A stretch of DNA of 64,000 bases. It comes from Anolis carolinensis (Eukaryota). Under the pieces are notes generated by a model. That model saw only the letters and a program-made list of their open reading frames with translations. It searched no databases and was not told the DNA's origin. The translations under genes and the position numbers were made by a program. Of the stretch, positions 1 to 11,944 are shown in pieces. Position 1 is the stretch's first letter; each line of letters starts with the position of its first letter. The stretch is taken from NCBI RefSeq assembly GCF_035594765.1, contig NC_085846.1, forward strand, positions 14,805,190 to 14,869,189. The letters are read 5' to 3'.

Positions 1-152
1 ATCTGAATTCCTTACGGTTTTTTAGGCTGGTAATAATCGAATGAGGGTTGTCACTGCCTCCTTCTGAATGCAGCATATCCTCCAACAATGCATTTACGAA
101 GATTGGGACACGTGTGGCCAAGGAACTTTTAAAAGTCAGGCAAAAGTTATCT

Positions 153-435
153 AAGGCCCCTTCCACACCTGTATAAAATCCACATTGAACTGGATTATAT
201 GGCAGTGTGGACTCAAGGCCTTTCCACACAGCCATATAACCCATAATATCAAGGTAAAGAATCCACAACATCTGCTTTGAACTGGATTATCTGAGTCCAC
301 ACTGCCATATACTCCAGTTCAATGTGGATTTCATACACCTGTGTAGAAGGGGCCTCAGATAATCCAGTTCAAAGCAGATATTGTGGATTATCTGCCTTGA
401 TATTCTGGGTTATATATCTGTGTGAAAGGGCCCTA
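153..435. mobile_element. Nested palindromic MITEs (PIF/Harbinger-like, GGCCCCTTCCACAC...GTGTGGAAGGGGCC termini)
   Basis: Terminal inverted repeats and an internal AACTGGATTATATGGCAGTG motif. Related copies at ~17460-17600, ~24554-24702 and ~30454-30602. Confidence 0.7.
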
Positions 436-1251
436 AGAAAGGTTGCAGCAGTATACTTTCACCCTAAAGAGAAAGGCAAGATTCGTCCCCTTTGCTCCCA
501 GTTGAGTTAACTCCTATTGTCTATATACTTAGTATGTTCATATTTTAACTATGTTGATTGGGCTCGTCCCCTTGTAAGCCTCTCCGAGTCCATTAGGGGA
601 GATGGAGGCAGGGTACAAAAATAAAGTTATCATTATATTATTATAACTGAGTGAAAACTACTTTTGCACTTTGAACTCAATTTTCTCTAATAGAAGTAAA
701 CTAGGGATAAAAGGCAAAAGTTGCAGGGAGGAGAGAAAAACTGGGACATTTTAAAAGTAGTTGAAAAGTGGGACTACAAAAGATTAATTAAGACTCTCCT
801 GGCCAAATCAGGACTGTTGGGGAGCATGTAAAAGCACCTCATCCAAATACTGCCTATAGGAAGCTGCTTTTTTCTTAAAGCAACCCAAGGTTTTAGAGAA
901 AGTTTGCCCTCCATCCCTAGCTTGACATGCCAAGGTGAAATATGGGAGCTTTTGTATGAAAAGCAAGCACTCTGCTGCTCACCTGTGCCTTTTATAATTC
1001 CCCCTGCAATTCCTTCTTCTACTCATTTGTTACAAATGCAAGATCCCTCAATCCTCCAGCACCATTTCTAGAATATGAAAGAAATGGGGTGAGGGCCAAA
1101 AACCCCTGGCAGAGCATGGGAAAGTTACTTTTTGGACTACAGCTACCAGAGGCCTCTAATTAGCAAGATCATTAGCCATGTGGATGGGGGATTCTGGGAG
1201 CTTTAGTTAAAAAAAAGTAAAAATATTCTCGAGAGTTCTTTAGGAGGCTAG

Positions 1252-2093
1252 TAGGCATGGGCAAATTTATTGGAATCATTGTTAATCATAATAAAATCAT
1301 ATCTATTTTGAGTTACGAAGGGGGTTCCGAGGCAGTTTGGCGATTCAAATTTAACCTTCCAGTTCAAAGCATTGGCGCCCATGCCTCGGAATACCTTCGG
1401 ATAACCTTTGGATATATGAAAAAGTGTTTTAATTCAACCAATCTCCTGGCTAGCATTGGGGTTTAAGAGCCCCATAGAAACCAAGCCTGGAGTGTTTTCT
1501 CTTCTAGCTATCCAGGAGATAAATCCCCCTTCCCTTCCTGGTTGGTTTCTATGGGGCTCTTAAGCATGGTGTAGTGTAGTGGTTTGAGAGTTGGACTATG
1601 ATTGTGGCTTGATTCCCCACTTAGCCATGGAAACCCACTGGGTTATCTTGGGTAAGTCACACACTCTCAGCCCCAGAAAACCCAAAGAAATAGGAAATAA
1701 CACTTCCAAACCAGGAACAGATTTTTGTTATTATTTAAAAATGTCTTTTATAAAAACTTTGAAACTTCACCAAAAATCTGAGGATAAATCAAACCTTCTT
1801 AGATTTGGTGAGCTATCAGTGGTAAATGTGTTCTACCACTGTAGCAAATTTCATTAGGATGGGTCAAAAAATGAGGGAGAGAGAATCCCCTCATGTTTCC
1901 CCATTGACAATAATGTTTTCTTTCGTGTGCATGTGCATCAGCCATTAACGAGGTACATACGAATATTCTGAATTTTCATAATTTTTGAATTTTTGGCTTC
2001 AAAATTAGGAAATGACTTTAGAAACAAAGTACCTGTGCCCCCTACTTTCGAAGCGAGTATTGAACCATATTTTTCATGGATTGCACATGTCTA
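1252..2093. mobile_element. Old non-autonomous hAT-like DNA transposon
   Basis: Imperfect TIRs TAGGCATGGGCAA / TTGCACATGTCTA flanked by an 8-bp TSD, GAGGCTAG (1244-1251) / GAAGCTAG (2094-2101). Confidence 0.6.
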
Positions 2094-3648
2094 GAAGCTA
2101 GTTGGGGGATCACAGATATTGTGGCTTATGACTCATCACATCAGGGCATGGATCCACTTCAAATCCGGTTTCTACCTCCTGCAGAATTCTGGGGTTTGTA
2201 GTTTGGTGAGGCACAGAACCTGCCTGGCTGAGCTGTTTAAAGTCCCCTCTCTAAAATGGATATAAAGTGAATTTGAAGTGGATCCAAGTTCTAGTGTGAT
2301 GAGGTCCCTATACAGCAAAAGAATCAGAAGGAATCTCACCGCACCTCTGCATCAACTTCATGCTGAATAGCAAATCCACTGCCACAACACCCCACTATAT
2401 GTCTGTACAGACAGCATTTAAAAACCTTGGATGAAGGACAGCCCACCATCTGAAGTAGTTGTGAACAGCTGGCAATTTTTTCCCATTTAGTGAAAATCTT
2501 GCCAGTTTTGAACTCATTGTCCAGATCTTGCTAAATAGATGCCACCCCTGTGGGAAGCCAGAAAACAAATTTGCAGCAGCATCTCTGTGGCAGTGATATA
2601 GCTATTTGAAGGCACCTAGCACATCGCTCTGTCTCCTCTCCGGGCTAAGAATCCCTCATTCAGTATGGTTCGTTGTCTTTCTTTCCTCCAGCTCTTATGG
2701 AAATGATTTATGCTCTTGTTTGAGTGGTAAGGAGAATATAATACACAAGCGACAAGCGTAGGATGGGGCAGGCATGTGATGGAAAAAGGTCATTGAACGA
2801 CCCACATTTGCTCTATGGCATGGTATTGCAAGGAGCTCGTTTAGCCCTTCCTGGTTTGAAGGCACAGCCAGCAATAGTTTATCAGGAAGCATTTCAAGGA
2901 CAGAGGAGAGCTATAGCATGTGCATCTAAGCTTTGGACCCAACCTTCTGGGAATCTCCTCATTAGCTCCTGAGATGCAGCTCTCACTGCAGTCGTGCTAA
3001 AGTGGCTATTTTGGTGGTTTCCTAAGATTCTTTACAAACAAGCTGAAAGAGACACAAGAATTATTTCAACAGCCCATCTCTAGAGGAATCACATTCGCTG
3101 TAGGAACTGAAACTTCAAAGTTGAGCTCACTAACAAGAGCCAAGAAGCAGGTCATTTTCTCCAATCATATGAAGAGGATTCACTTAACTATACGAAGCTA
3201 AAACTCAGCACCAACAGACAAGAAGGAAGATCTGCTCCTTTCGGTTTCCCTGGCCTTACTCCTGTACTTTCAAGAGCACCTTTACCCTGCAGAAATGTAG
3301 AAAAGAGGTGTTTTCTCCAGTCAAGATTCAAACAATAGGGACAACTTTAGATGCTAAATTGGTATTTGTTCGCAGTTGATAAAAATAGGTTTCCCAAGCA
3401 CACTTTAACATATTTTTGATTAAGAACCATTTGATCTTAATGAACTGTTGAGGGAGAAAGCAGAACTTGTGAGCATCTACACACTGTAGAGGTTGGATGA
3501 CACTTGAATTGCCATGGCTATGGAAACCTAGTTTGGCAAGGCACCTGCACTCCTTGGTTGAAGACTTCTGCAAACCTCCCAAAATTCTATGTCACTGAGC
3601 CATAGCAGTTCAAGTGGTATCAAATTGCATTAATTTTACAGTGTAGAT

Positions 3649-3828
3649 CAGATATGGGCAAACTTTGGGCCCTCCAGGTGTTTTGGACTTCAACTCCCAC
3701 AATCCCTAACAGCCTCAGGCTCCTAACAGCTAAGCGGCTGAGGGGGAAAAGGAAGGAACCTGAGGCTGTTAGGGATTGTGGGAATTGAAGTCCAAAACAC
3801 CTGAAGGGCCCAGGTTTGCCCATGTCTG
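3649..3828. mobile_element. hAT-type palindromic MITE (CAGGCATGGGCAAAC family)
   Basis: Near-perfect hairpin; same family as 8155-8288. Confidence 0.8.
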
Positions 3829-4273
3829 GTGTAGATGCACCAACTGTATCATATAGGACTGGGAAGCTCATTTCCAAACTCCTCCTTCCTGCTCATTAAG
3901 TTCACTGAATGACTTAGGGTGAGGCTGCTTCTACACTGCTATATAATACTGTTTGAAACTGCACTATATGGTCATTGTAGATTCATATATTACCCTTCAA
4001 TGCCATTAAACTAAAGCATATCAAGACCTGGCCTACTTCCCAGGGCTGTTGGGACAATAAGCAAGGGAAGAGCAACATATGTTGTCTTGGACATCTTGAG
4101 GAATGGGAATGACACAAATGTAGTACATCCGTCAATCAATCACCCAGGGATAATTCCCACAAGAAATTGAGAATTCACTGTGGTTTCCACAGACATGTCT
4201 GTTTTGTAAAAAAAAAAAAAGTTTTAATTTTCTTAATAATATATTAAAATGTTCCCTTTAAAGCTCTATCTAA

Positions 4274-4490
4274 GGCCGGACTGTGGCGCAGGATGGTTAG
4301 CAGCCAGCTGCAACAAATCACTCTGAAGAGGTCATGAGTTCGAGGCCTGCCCATGCCTGCATCTGTCTCTGTCTCTGTTCTATGTGATGGCATTGAATGT
4401 TTGCCTTATATGTGCAATGTGATCCGCCCTGAGTCCCCTTCGGGGTGAGAAGGGTGGAATATAAATACTGTAAATAAATAAATAAATAAT
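4274..4490 (+). mobile_element. tRNA-derived SINE with (TAAA)n tail
   Basis: A-box TGGCGCAG, B-box GAGTTCGAG, (TAAA)n 3' tail. Confidence 0.7.
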
Positions 4491-5231
4491 AAATATCTTA
4501 CTTGCTTTCTCTTTTTCTCTTTGTTCCTCCTTCCCTCCTCTGTCTCACACTCAGGTTTGTCAGTCCCACACTACCAACAAAATCCAAAACAGTCTTGCAT
4601 GTCTGTTCTCAAAATTTGGTGGGGCTTCCCCATAAACCCATTTAAATGAAAATCCAAGGAGCTGGTGGGGAGAATAAGGTTTTGAAATATAATTCCAATA
4701 GATTTAGACTTCTGCTGTTTCTCCTAGAATCTGAAATTGCAATAATCCAAAGATCCCACTCCTTGTATTCCCTCCTATGAACAGCCTCACTGTGCAATAA
4801 TAACAGCTTGAAAGAACACTTGCCATGTGCTCAGCCTAAGATTTTATTAATTGTGATTCTTTTTGAAACAAGGTCACGCAGTAAATTTGTGTGGCTATGC
4901 CTCTTTTCCAAAAGAGGCTCCATGGACCAACCATCAGTATGAATTGTTTATTAAATAATCCACAGTTATTGACTACTTACACAACACCCATTCAGTCCTC
5001 CCAATTATATAGGTGTGAAGTTAGCCCGTCTCTAAAATGTGTAAATAAGGAACAAATCAGAAATCTGCACAGCATATCCACAAACTATACAGATTTGGCA
5101 GGGATGGTCCTGATTAATCCTCTGTCACCCCACTTTTTCAGCAGCTTCTGTTCTCAGCTTACTTCACTTGCTGTGAATTGAGTTCAAAGTTCAAAAGTTA
5201 ATTTGCATTCAATCAATTCCATAGCAAGAAA

Positions 5232-5500
5232 GGAGCTAGGTGGCGCAATGGGTTAAACCCTTGTGCTGGCTGAACTGCTGACCTGAAGGTTGGGCTGCTG
5301 ACCTGAAGGTTGCTGGTTCGAATCTGCGAGACAGGGTGAGCTCCCTTCTGTCAGCTCTAGCTTGCGGGGACATGAAAGAAGCCTCCCAGCTATCACATCT
5401 GGGCGCCCCCTGGGCAACGTCTCTGTAGACGGCCAATTCTCTCACACCAGAAGCAACTTGCAGTATGTTCTCAAGCCACTTCTGACATGATAATAAATAA
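5232..5500 (+). mobile_element. tRNA-derived SINE (second squamate SINE family)
   Basis: GGTGGCGCAATGGGTTAAACC head and GGTTCGAATC B box. Homologous copies at ~47840-48065 (-), ~51385-51624 (-) and ~58111-58335 (+). Confidence 0.8.
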
Positions 5501-5837
5501 GCAAGAGAGGAGGAAGGGAAATCCTGCCTTTCCTGGTAGACTCGGGCAAAATCAAACTGCTGCAGCCTCCTCTAGCTTGTGTATTCATCCCCGTTAATAA
5601 TTCTCCCCATCTTAACCACACTTTGATGTTGTTTGGCCACAAATGTCCCAGAATAGAGGAGTCTGAGGAAAGGAACCACTTGGGGACCTGCACCAGTTTT
5701 GCACAAATAAGGATGTCATCATCTCTGGCCACGGAAAGCAGATGAAGAACCAACAGGGATCCCTTAGACATATCACCACTTTCTTGCAGAGCCAGACGAG
5801 TATTAAATGGACACATCAATCTCCAAAATTGTGAGTT

Positions 5838-6013
5838 TTATGTTCTTGTCTTCCAAGTAATGACTTTTGACCACAGAGCTAAAAGGGATGTCACAGCAAG
5901 AAGCCACGTGGATGGCGAAACAAGGCAAGGAGCAGCAGCACTCTTCTGCCAGTGGGCATCTTGGTGGCAAGGCACGTGCTCGTGGAGAAGGTGCTCAGCA
6001 GAAGAATCCGTAT
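5838..6013 (-). CDS. Uncharacterised signal-peptide/leucine-zipper/membrane-anchored protein, coding exon 2 (DTDSSAEHLLHEHVPCHQDAHWQKSAAAPCLVSPSTWLLAVTSLLALWSKVITWKTRT*)
   Basis: Acceptor TCCTTTTTCTCAG|AT at 6014/6013 is phase-compatible with the exon 1 donor. His-rich linker then a C-terminal hydrophobic stretch. Stop at 5838-5840; minus-strand AATAAA at 4947-4952 and 4843-4848. Confidence 0.6.
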
Positions 6014-6169
6014 CTGAGAAAAAGGACATACCGTAGTTGGAAGTCGAAACCATAATTTGAATACAGATGTTAGCAATCAGAGCTCTACGACAATTATAAT
6101 AATGATGACTAGCATATATACACAGTATTGCGTGGGTATTGCAGGGACCACTGCTCTCTGTTTACATCC

Positions 6170-6270
6170 ATTCTTTCCCTTTCTCCCCTTCTTCCCTTCC
6201 CTTCCCTCCCTCTCTTCTCCATTTCTTTCCCTTTCTCTCTTTCCTTTCTCTTCTTCCTTTCCTTCCTTTC
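6170..6270. repeat. Polypyrimidine/polypurine low-complexity tract
   Basis: About 100 nt almost exclusively C/T on the + strand. Confidence 0.85.
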
Positions 6271-6368
6271 ATAGAGTGATAAAATAATAGAGTTGGAAGA
6301 GACCACATGGACCATTTACAAACAAACAGATATAGATATAGATATGGATATAGATATGGATATAGATT

Positions 6369-6702
6369 GGGACCCCAGGTAGTACAGTGTGTTAAAGTTC
6401 AGCTGAGCTGCTGAACTTGCGGACCAAAAGGTGCCAGGTTCAAATCCCGGGAGCAGAATGAGTGCCTGCTGTTAGCCCCAGCTCCTGCCAACCTAGCAAT
6501 TCGAAAACATGCAAATGTGAGTAGATCAATAGTTACCGCTCCGACGGGAAGGTAATGGCGCTCCATGCAGTCATGTCGGCCACATGACCTTGGAGGTGTC
6601 TATGGACAATGCCGGCTTTTCGGCTTAGAAATGGAGATGAGCACCAACCCCCAGAATCGGTCACGACTGGACTTAACGTCAGGGGAAAACCTTTACCTTT
6701 AC
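6369..6702 (+). mobile_element. Sauria SINE
   Basis: tRNA-like head, conserved body (GTGAGTAGATCAATAG...GGAGATGAGCACCAACCCCCAGA), (ACCTTT)n tail. Confidence 0.9.
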
Positions 6703-7083
6703 TATGGATATAGATATATGATACTCCACTTTTATCTCTCAATTGAGATGCAAAGAACAAAATTCCAACCACATGACCCGGTGGCCACAGTCTAAAGTGT
6801 TAGTCTCACAGATAGATTATATCTCAGGTAAGTCTTCCAAGTCCAAACAAGCTCAAAAAAACCCAATGATACTGAAAACCACTAACTTAGAGGTTCAGGA
6901 GAGTAAAGTTCATTCCAATACTCCATAAGTGATCTATCACCATGTTTGCATTCCAAATTTAGGTCTAAAACCAGACTGGAAAAGCTCTAGATAACCAACA
7001 TAAATGTACAAGAAAGGACCCTGGACAGTAAGTGTGCTAAGGAACTGGATCAAGTGCAATCCTCAGGCAGGCAAACCATAGTA

Positions 7084-7406
7084 CAGTAGAGTCTCACTTA
7101 TCCAACATAAACAGGCCAGCAGAACGTTGGATAAGCAAATATGTTGGATTATAAGGAGGGATTAAGGAAAAGCCTATTAAACATCAAATTAGGTTATGAT
7201 TTTACAAATGAAGCACCAAAACATCATGCTATACAACAAATTTGACAGAAAAAGTAGTTCATTACACATTAATGCTATGTAGTAATTACTGTATTTACTA
7301 ATTTAGCACCAAAATATCATGATATATTGAAAACATTGACTACACAAATGCATTGGATAATCCAGAACGTTGGATAAGTGAGTGTTGGATAAGTGAGACT
7401 CTACTG
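7084..7406. mobile_element. Tc1/mariner(pogo)-type MITE
   Basis: TIR CAGTAGAGTCTCACTTATCCAAC / GTTGGATAAGTGAGACTCTACTG with TA TSD. Confidence 0.9.
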
Positions 7407-8154
7407 TACTTCGGTCTTATCTGGGTTTATCTTCTGTAGCCAGGTCTCATCCAATCCATTTATATGGCCAGACACAGCTTTAGAATAAATATGAATCCCT
7501 AACTTGCATCACAACACTAAAAATCTCCGCAGGCACAGATTTTCTTGTAGATTGTTTTTATTGAATAAATGATAAATTGTTTACCAGTCAACCAAGAAAG
7601 ACACCACAGCTTGTTTGTTATCTGGTTGTAATAACAGGCCATTTACAAATACTCCCTTTTTTCTATATATATAGTGATGTATTTTTCAAAATTGCCAGTC
7701 CCTTAAACATAGATTTTCAAGATTTGTAAACAGATACTAACTCAAGGGAGACACCTATTCTTCATTAAGATATCTGATTTCAAGAGATAACAGTTCTTTG
7801 CAAGTGATGATTGTGTTCCTGTATACATTCGCATGGTGCTCTTACGTACAATTTTCAGCAGACTTGCATTACAATTATGTCTAACTAATTATCTATACAA
7901 TTAAACATATACAGAGTTTGTAAAAGTTTGCTTTTGGATATAATTTACACGAGCCTGGGCAAGCCATTAGGGTTGAGGATTCTGGGGGTTGTAGTACAAC
8001 ATAAACTTTGCTAAGATGTTTATATGCATATGAGATTGGACAATACATGCAAGTATTTAAACCTTCAGCTGCTTGCGCCGGATATGAATGAGGCAGTTCT
8101 TCGTTCTCACTATTGTTGTTGAATACTTTCAGATTGTTTTTGATCTGTCTATAT

Positions 8155-8288
8155 CAGGCGTGGGCAAACTCTGGCCCTCCAGGTGTTTTGGACTTCAACT
8201 CCCACAATTCCTAACAGCCTACCGGCTGTTAGGAATTGTGGGAGTTGAAGTCCAAAACACCTGGAGGGCCAGAGTTTGCCCATGCTTG
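8155..8288. mobile_element. hAT-type palindromic MITE
   Basis: Near-perfect 134-bp palindrome with 8-bp TSD GTCTATAT. Further copies at ~8965-9417 (split by a SINE), 13179-13308, 13835-13910, 35428-35610, 44884-45017, 46976-47109 and 52980-53160. Confidence 0.9.
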
Positions 8289-8396
8289 GTCTATATGAAA
8301 AGCAGGAGAGAAGAGGAAAGGAGGAGAGAAAGGGAAGGGTGAGAAAAGCAAAAGCTGATGATGAGAGGGACCAAATCTGGACCCAAGAGGTCTCAC

Positions 8397-8571
8397 CCTG
8401 TGATCGGTTCCATATGAAGAGCCTGAGTTCACTCAGGGCTTCAGTGAGGTTCTGGATCTTGCCTTGAAGCTGTAGGTTCTCGCTCTGTAGCTCCTCAATG
8501 GCCTCTTGCAGCTCAAAACCATGGCCCTTGCCCCACAGAAGGGACAGGAGCAGCCAGAACCTCAACTCCAT
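8397..8571 (-). CDS. Uncharacterised signal-peptide/leucine-zipper/membrane-anchored protein, coding exon 1 (MELRFWLLLSLLWGKGHG-FELQEAIEELQSENLQLQGKIQNLTEALSELRLFIWNRSQ)
   Basis: ATG at 8571, signal-peptide-like N-terminus, five Leu heptads, two N-glycosylation sequons (NLT, NRS), strong phase-1 donor CAGG|GTGAGA at 8397/8396. TATA-like GATAATTAAAAG about 110 nt upstream. Confidence 0.7.
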
Positions 8572-9031
8572 CTGCGTAGCTAGCAACCCTTCAACAGCAC
8601 CACAGTGATGAGAGGCCAGCGGGTGCACAGCGCAACTCCACTTCCCTCCCCAATCAATCAAACTGCAGAGGCAATCAATCGCTTTTAATTATCTCCCTCC
8701 TTCCTGAGCTAAAGCCTGCTGGACCTGAAAGGCCTTGAGAGTCACTTTGGGTGCATCTATATAGCAGAATTAATGCAGTTTGGTACCACTTTAGCTACCA
8801 TGGCTCAGTGCTGCGGCATCCTGGGAGTATTGTTTGGTGACGCACCAGCACTCTTGGGCAGGGAAGGCTAAAGGCTTTGCAAAAGCTATATTTCCCATGA
8901 GACCATGACCTTGAGTCACGACGGTTCAAGTAGTGTCAAACTGCATTCATTCTACAGTGTAGATCAGGCATGGTCAAACTTCAGCCATCCAGGTGTTTTG
9001 GACTTCAACTCCCACAATTCCTAACAGCCGG

Positions 9032-9350
9032 TAAAAGGTAAAGGTTTTCCCCTGACGTTAAGTCCAGTCATGTCTGACTCTGGGGGTTGGTGCTCATCTC
9101 CATTTCTAAGCCGAAGAGCCAGCGTTGTCCGTAGACACCTCCAAGGTCATGTGGCCAGCATGACTGCATGGAGCGCCGTTACCTTCCCGCCGGAGCGGTA
9201 CCTATTGATCTACTCACATTGGCATGTTTTTGAACTGCTAGGTTGGCAGGAGCTGGAGCTAATAGCGGGCCGCTCACGCCGCTCTCAGGATTTGAACTTG
9301 GGACCTTTCGGTCTCCAGCTCAGTGCTTTAACGCACTTCACCACCGGGGC
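9032..9350 (-). mobile_element. Sauria SINE inserted in a hAT MITE
   Basis: Reverse complement of the 6369-6702 family, with MITE halves on each side. Confidence 0.9.
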
Positions 9351-10312
9351 TTGCCATCTCAAACAGCCGGTAGGAGTCCAAAAAACCTGGAGGGCTGAAG
9401 TTTGCCCATGCTTGGCGTAAATGCACTCTTTCCTGTCTTCCCATCATGCCTGCTTGTTGCAAGGCACAGAGTGCTCATGTATATTGGGGTTAATCCACGC
9501 TGTACAATTGTAGTGCTATGATCCCACTATAACCGCCATGGCTCCATCCTACGGAATCCAGTGATTTGCAGTTTTGTGAAAGTATTGAGAATTTTCAGCC
9601 AGAAAGCTCTAAAGCTTTCAAAGCCTAGGATCCCATAAGAATCATAGTGCTATATCTGTAGTATGGAAAAGGTCTTGACTGTATCAAAGAAGCCTTTCCA
9701 TCTGACAAAGCACAGTCATCCCTCCACATTTGAGGGTTTCACCTTTGAAGGTTTGATTACACTATGTAACAAAAATTGAAAAAGAAAATCTGTTCCTGGT
9801 TTGACAGTGTTATTTCCTGTTTAATTGTGTGGTAATTACTTTGAAAGTAGTTGTTATACTTCAGAAATTTTGTTTTTTTGAATGCCACAAACTATGTTGC
9901 ATTGGTCGAGACTCTAAGAGATACTCATTGAAAAACTATAGCAAAATATGCTGCCGGATGTCCTGCAAAAACAAAGTTTTTGACGTTTAATAAATCTTTT
10001 CCATGTTTTTATAATAGAACCAATTAGGAAATGACATTTATAACCCAGGAACAAAAATCGTGTTACATAGTGATATTCGTAGATTTTATTAATATGCTGT
10101 CTCTGGGTCCTCCAGTGAAATTGTGTAGTCAACTTCTGGCAGACCCAGGCCCCATCTACGTATACTGCCATATCATGCAGTTTGAATCTGCATTATATAA
10201 TCAGTGTAAATCCATAAAATGCAGCTTCATTTAAATGTAGAGAAAATAGCGATCTGCATTGCCATATAATGCAGCTTGCACCTGCATTAAATAGACAAGA
10301 TAGATACATTGA

Positions 10313-10850
10313 GGAGCCCCCATTTGCACAGCAGCTTAAACCACTTAGCTGCTGAATTTGCTGACCAAAAGGTTGGTGGTTCGAATCCAGAGAGCAGGGT
10401 GAGCTCCCACTATTAGCCCCAGCTTCTGCCAACCTAGTAGTTCGAAAACATGCAAATATGAGTAGATCAATAGGTACCGCTCCGGCGGAAAGGTAACGGC
10501 ACTCGATGCAGTCATGCCGGCCACATGACCTTGGAGGTGTCTATGGACAACACCAGCTCTTTGGCTTAGAAATGGAGATGAGCAACCCCCAGAGTCAGAC
10601 ACGACTAGACTTTATTTATTTATTTATTTATTTCAAATATTTCTATCCCGCCCTTCTCACCCGGAGGGACTCAGGGCGGCGTACAATTGGCAACAATTCG
10701 ATGCCGATACATCATTAAAAACAACAACATATAAAAATATTTTACACCAATTAAATACAGTATAAAATATAAAACATAAAACATATGCTTAAAATCCGTT
10801 CGTCCAATATCCTCCAACTTAATGTCAGAGGGAAACCTTTACCTTTACCT
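10313..10850 (+). mobile_element. Sauria SINE interrupted near its 3' end by a minus-strand LINE 3' fragment with (TAAA)n tail (~10611-10816)
   Basis: SINE body to GACTAGACTT, then (TTTA)n and a LINE-like tail, then the SINE resumes at AATGTCAG...ACCTTTACCTTTACC. Confidence 0.8.
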
Positions 10851-11576
10851 AGGTACATTGAATCACATTATATGGGTCTACACTGGCCATATAATACAGA
10901 TTCAAATGCATTACATAGCAGTGTATATCTGCCTTGATCTACATGTGAGAGGAAGCACCATATCCATCACTTTCAACGTCTTATTTCCCCATCTACAACA
11001 CCCCTAAGCCATGGCAGTTAATGTGGTGTCAAACTGCATTAATTCCACAATATAGTTGCAACCCTTGAGTTCCTGTCCAGGTCTCATCTAGTTCCCGCGA
11101 AGAGAACAGTAAAAAGCAATTTGCAGAATGAGCATGGCAGACTTTGCATGTGTGAAATTAGCCCTGAAGAGTTATGCGGAGGAAGTGTATGGAGCTTATT
11201 TATTTTGATAAAGGGTAGGGAGGGAGTACTCAAAAGCGCTAGATGGAAGGAGAGAATAAATGGAAAATAAGAAGGGGGGATACAGACACAAAGGAAGTCA
11301 TTGGGAGGTGTGAAAGATTATAGCAGAGGGAGATAAAGCAAATCACAAGGTGGCATTTTGTTTTTGTTTTTTTAATAAACAACATCCTAGGAGGCAGAAT
11401 AGAAGTGAGACACGAAAAGAAATCATGTTGGATTTGGAAAGAATTTTTATTTTATTTTAAGACAACAAATTGGGAGGTATGGAGAGTTTGGTCAATTTGA
11501 GATGAAGATAGAAACCAGACCCTATATTTCTTCTATAGCTGTATCTGAGAGAGAGGTTGAGGGAAAATATCCTATT

Positions 11577-11808
11577 GGGTTGTTGTATGTCTTTCGGGCT
11601 GTGTGGCCATGTTCCAGAAGCATTCTCTCCTGACGTTTCGCCCACATCTATGGCAGGCATCTAGTTTATCCATACCTCACAACCTCTGAGGATGCCTGCC
11701 ATAGATGTGGGCGAAACGTCAGGAGAGAATGCTTCTGGAACATGGCCACACAGCCCGAAAGACATACAACAACCCTGTGATTCTGGCCATGAAAGCCTTC
11801 GACAACAC
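11577..11808. mobile_element. Miniature Penelope-like insertion with inverted pseudo-LTR
   Basis: Inverted 11577-11661 plus direct 11662-11808 copy of the Penelope 3' end. TSD AAAATATCCTATT(G) at 11564-11577 and 11809-11822. Confidence 0.9.
11683..11723 (+). ncRNA. Minimal type-I hammerhead ribozyme motif (Penelope pLTR), intact core
   Basis: CCU-CUGAGGA-U-GCCUGC[CAUAGAU]GUGGGC-GAAAC-GUC^AGG. Confidence 0.8.
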
Positions 11809-11944
11809 AAAATATCCTATTGTTAACTGCCCTTTTTGTTCTGAAAGAATAGGAATCATGATAATAGGAAATTCATGAGAGCAGAAAAGGTTGTTGAGAC
11901 ACTTATTTTTGGTTGTCTGGACCTTTTTAATGTGTGTGTGTGTG

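Noticed and set aside
5838-8571. Calling the orphan gene tetherin/BST2 or TMEM190
   Set aside because: The N-terminus looks like a cleavable signal peptide rather than a type II anchor, the synteny is wrong for BST2, and there is no Cys-rich TMEM190 domain. The resemblance is architectural only.
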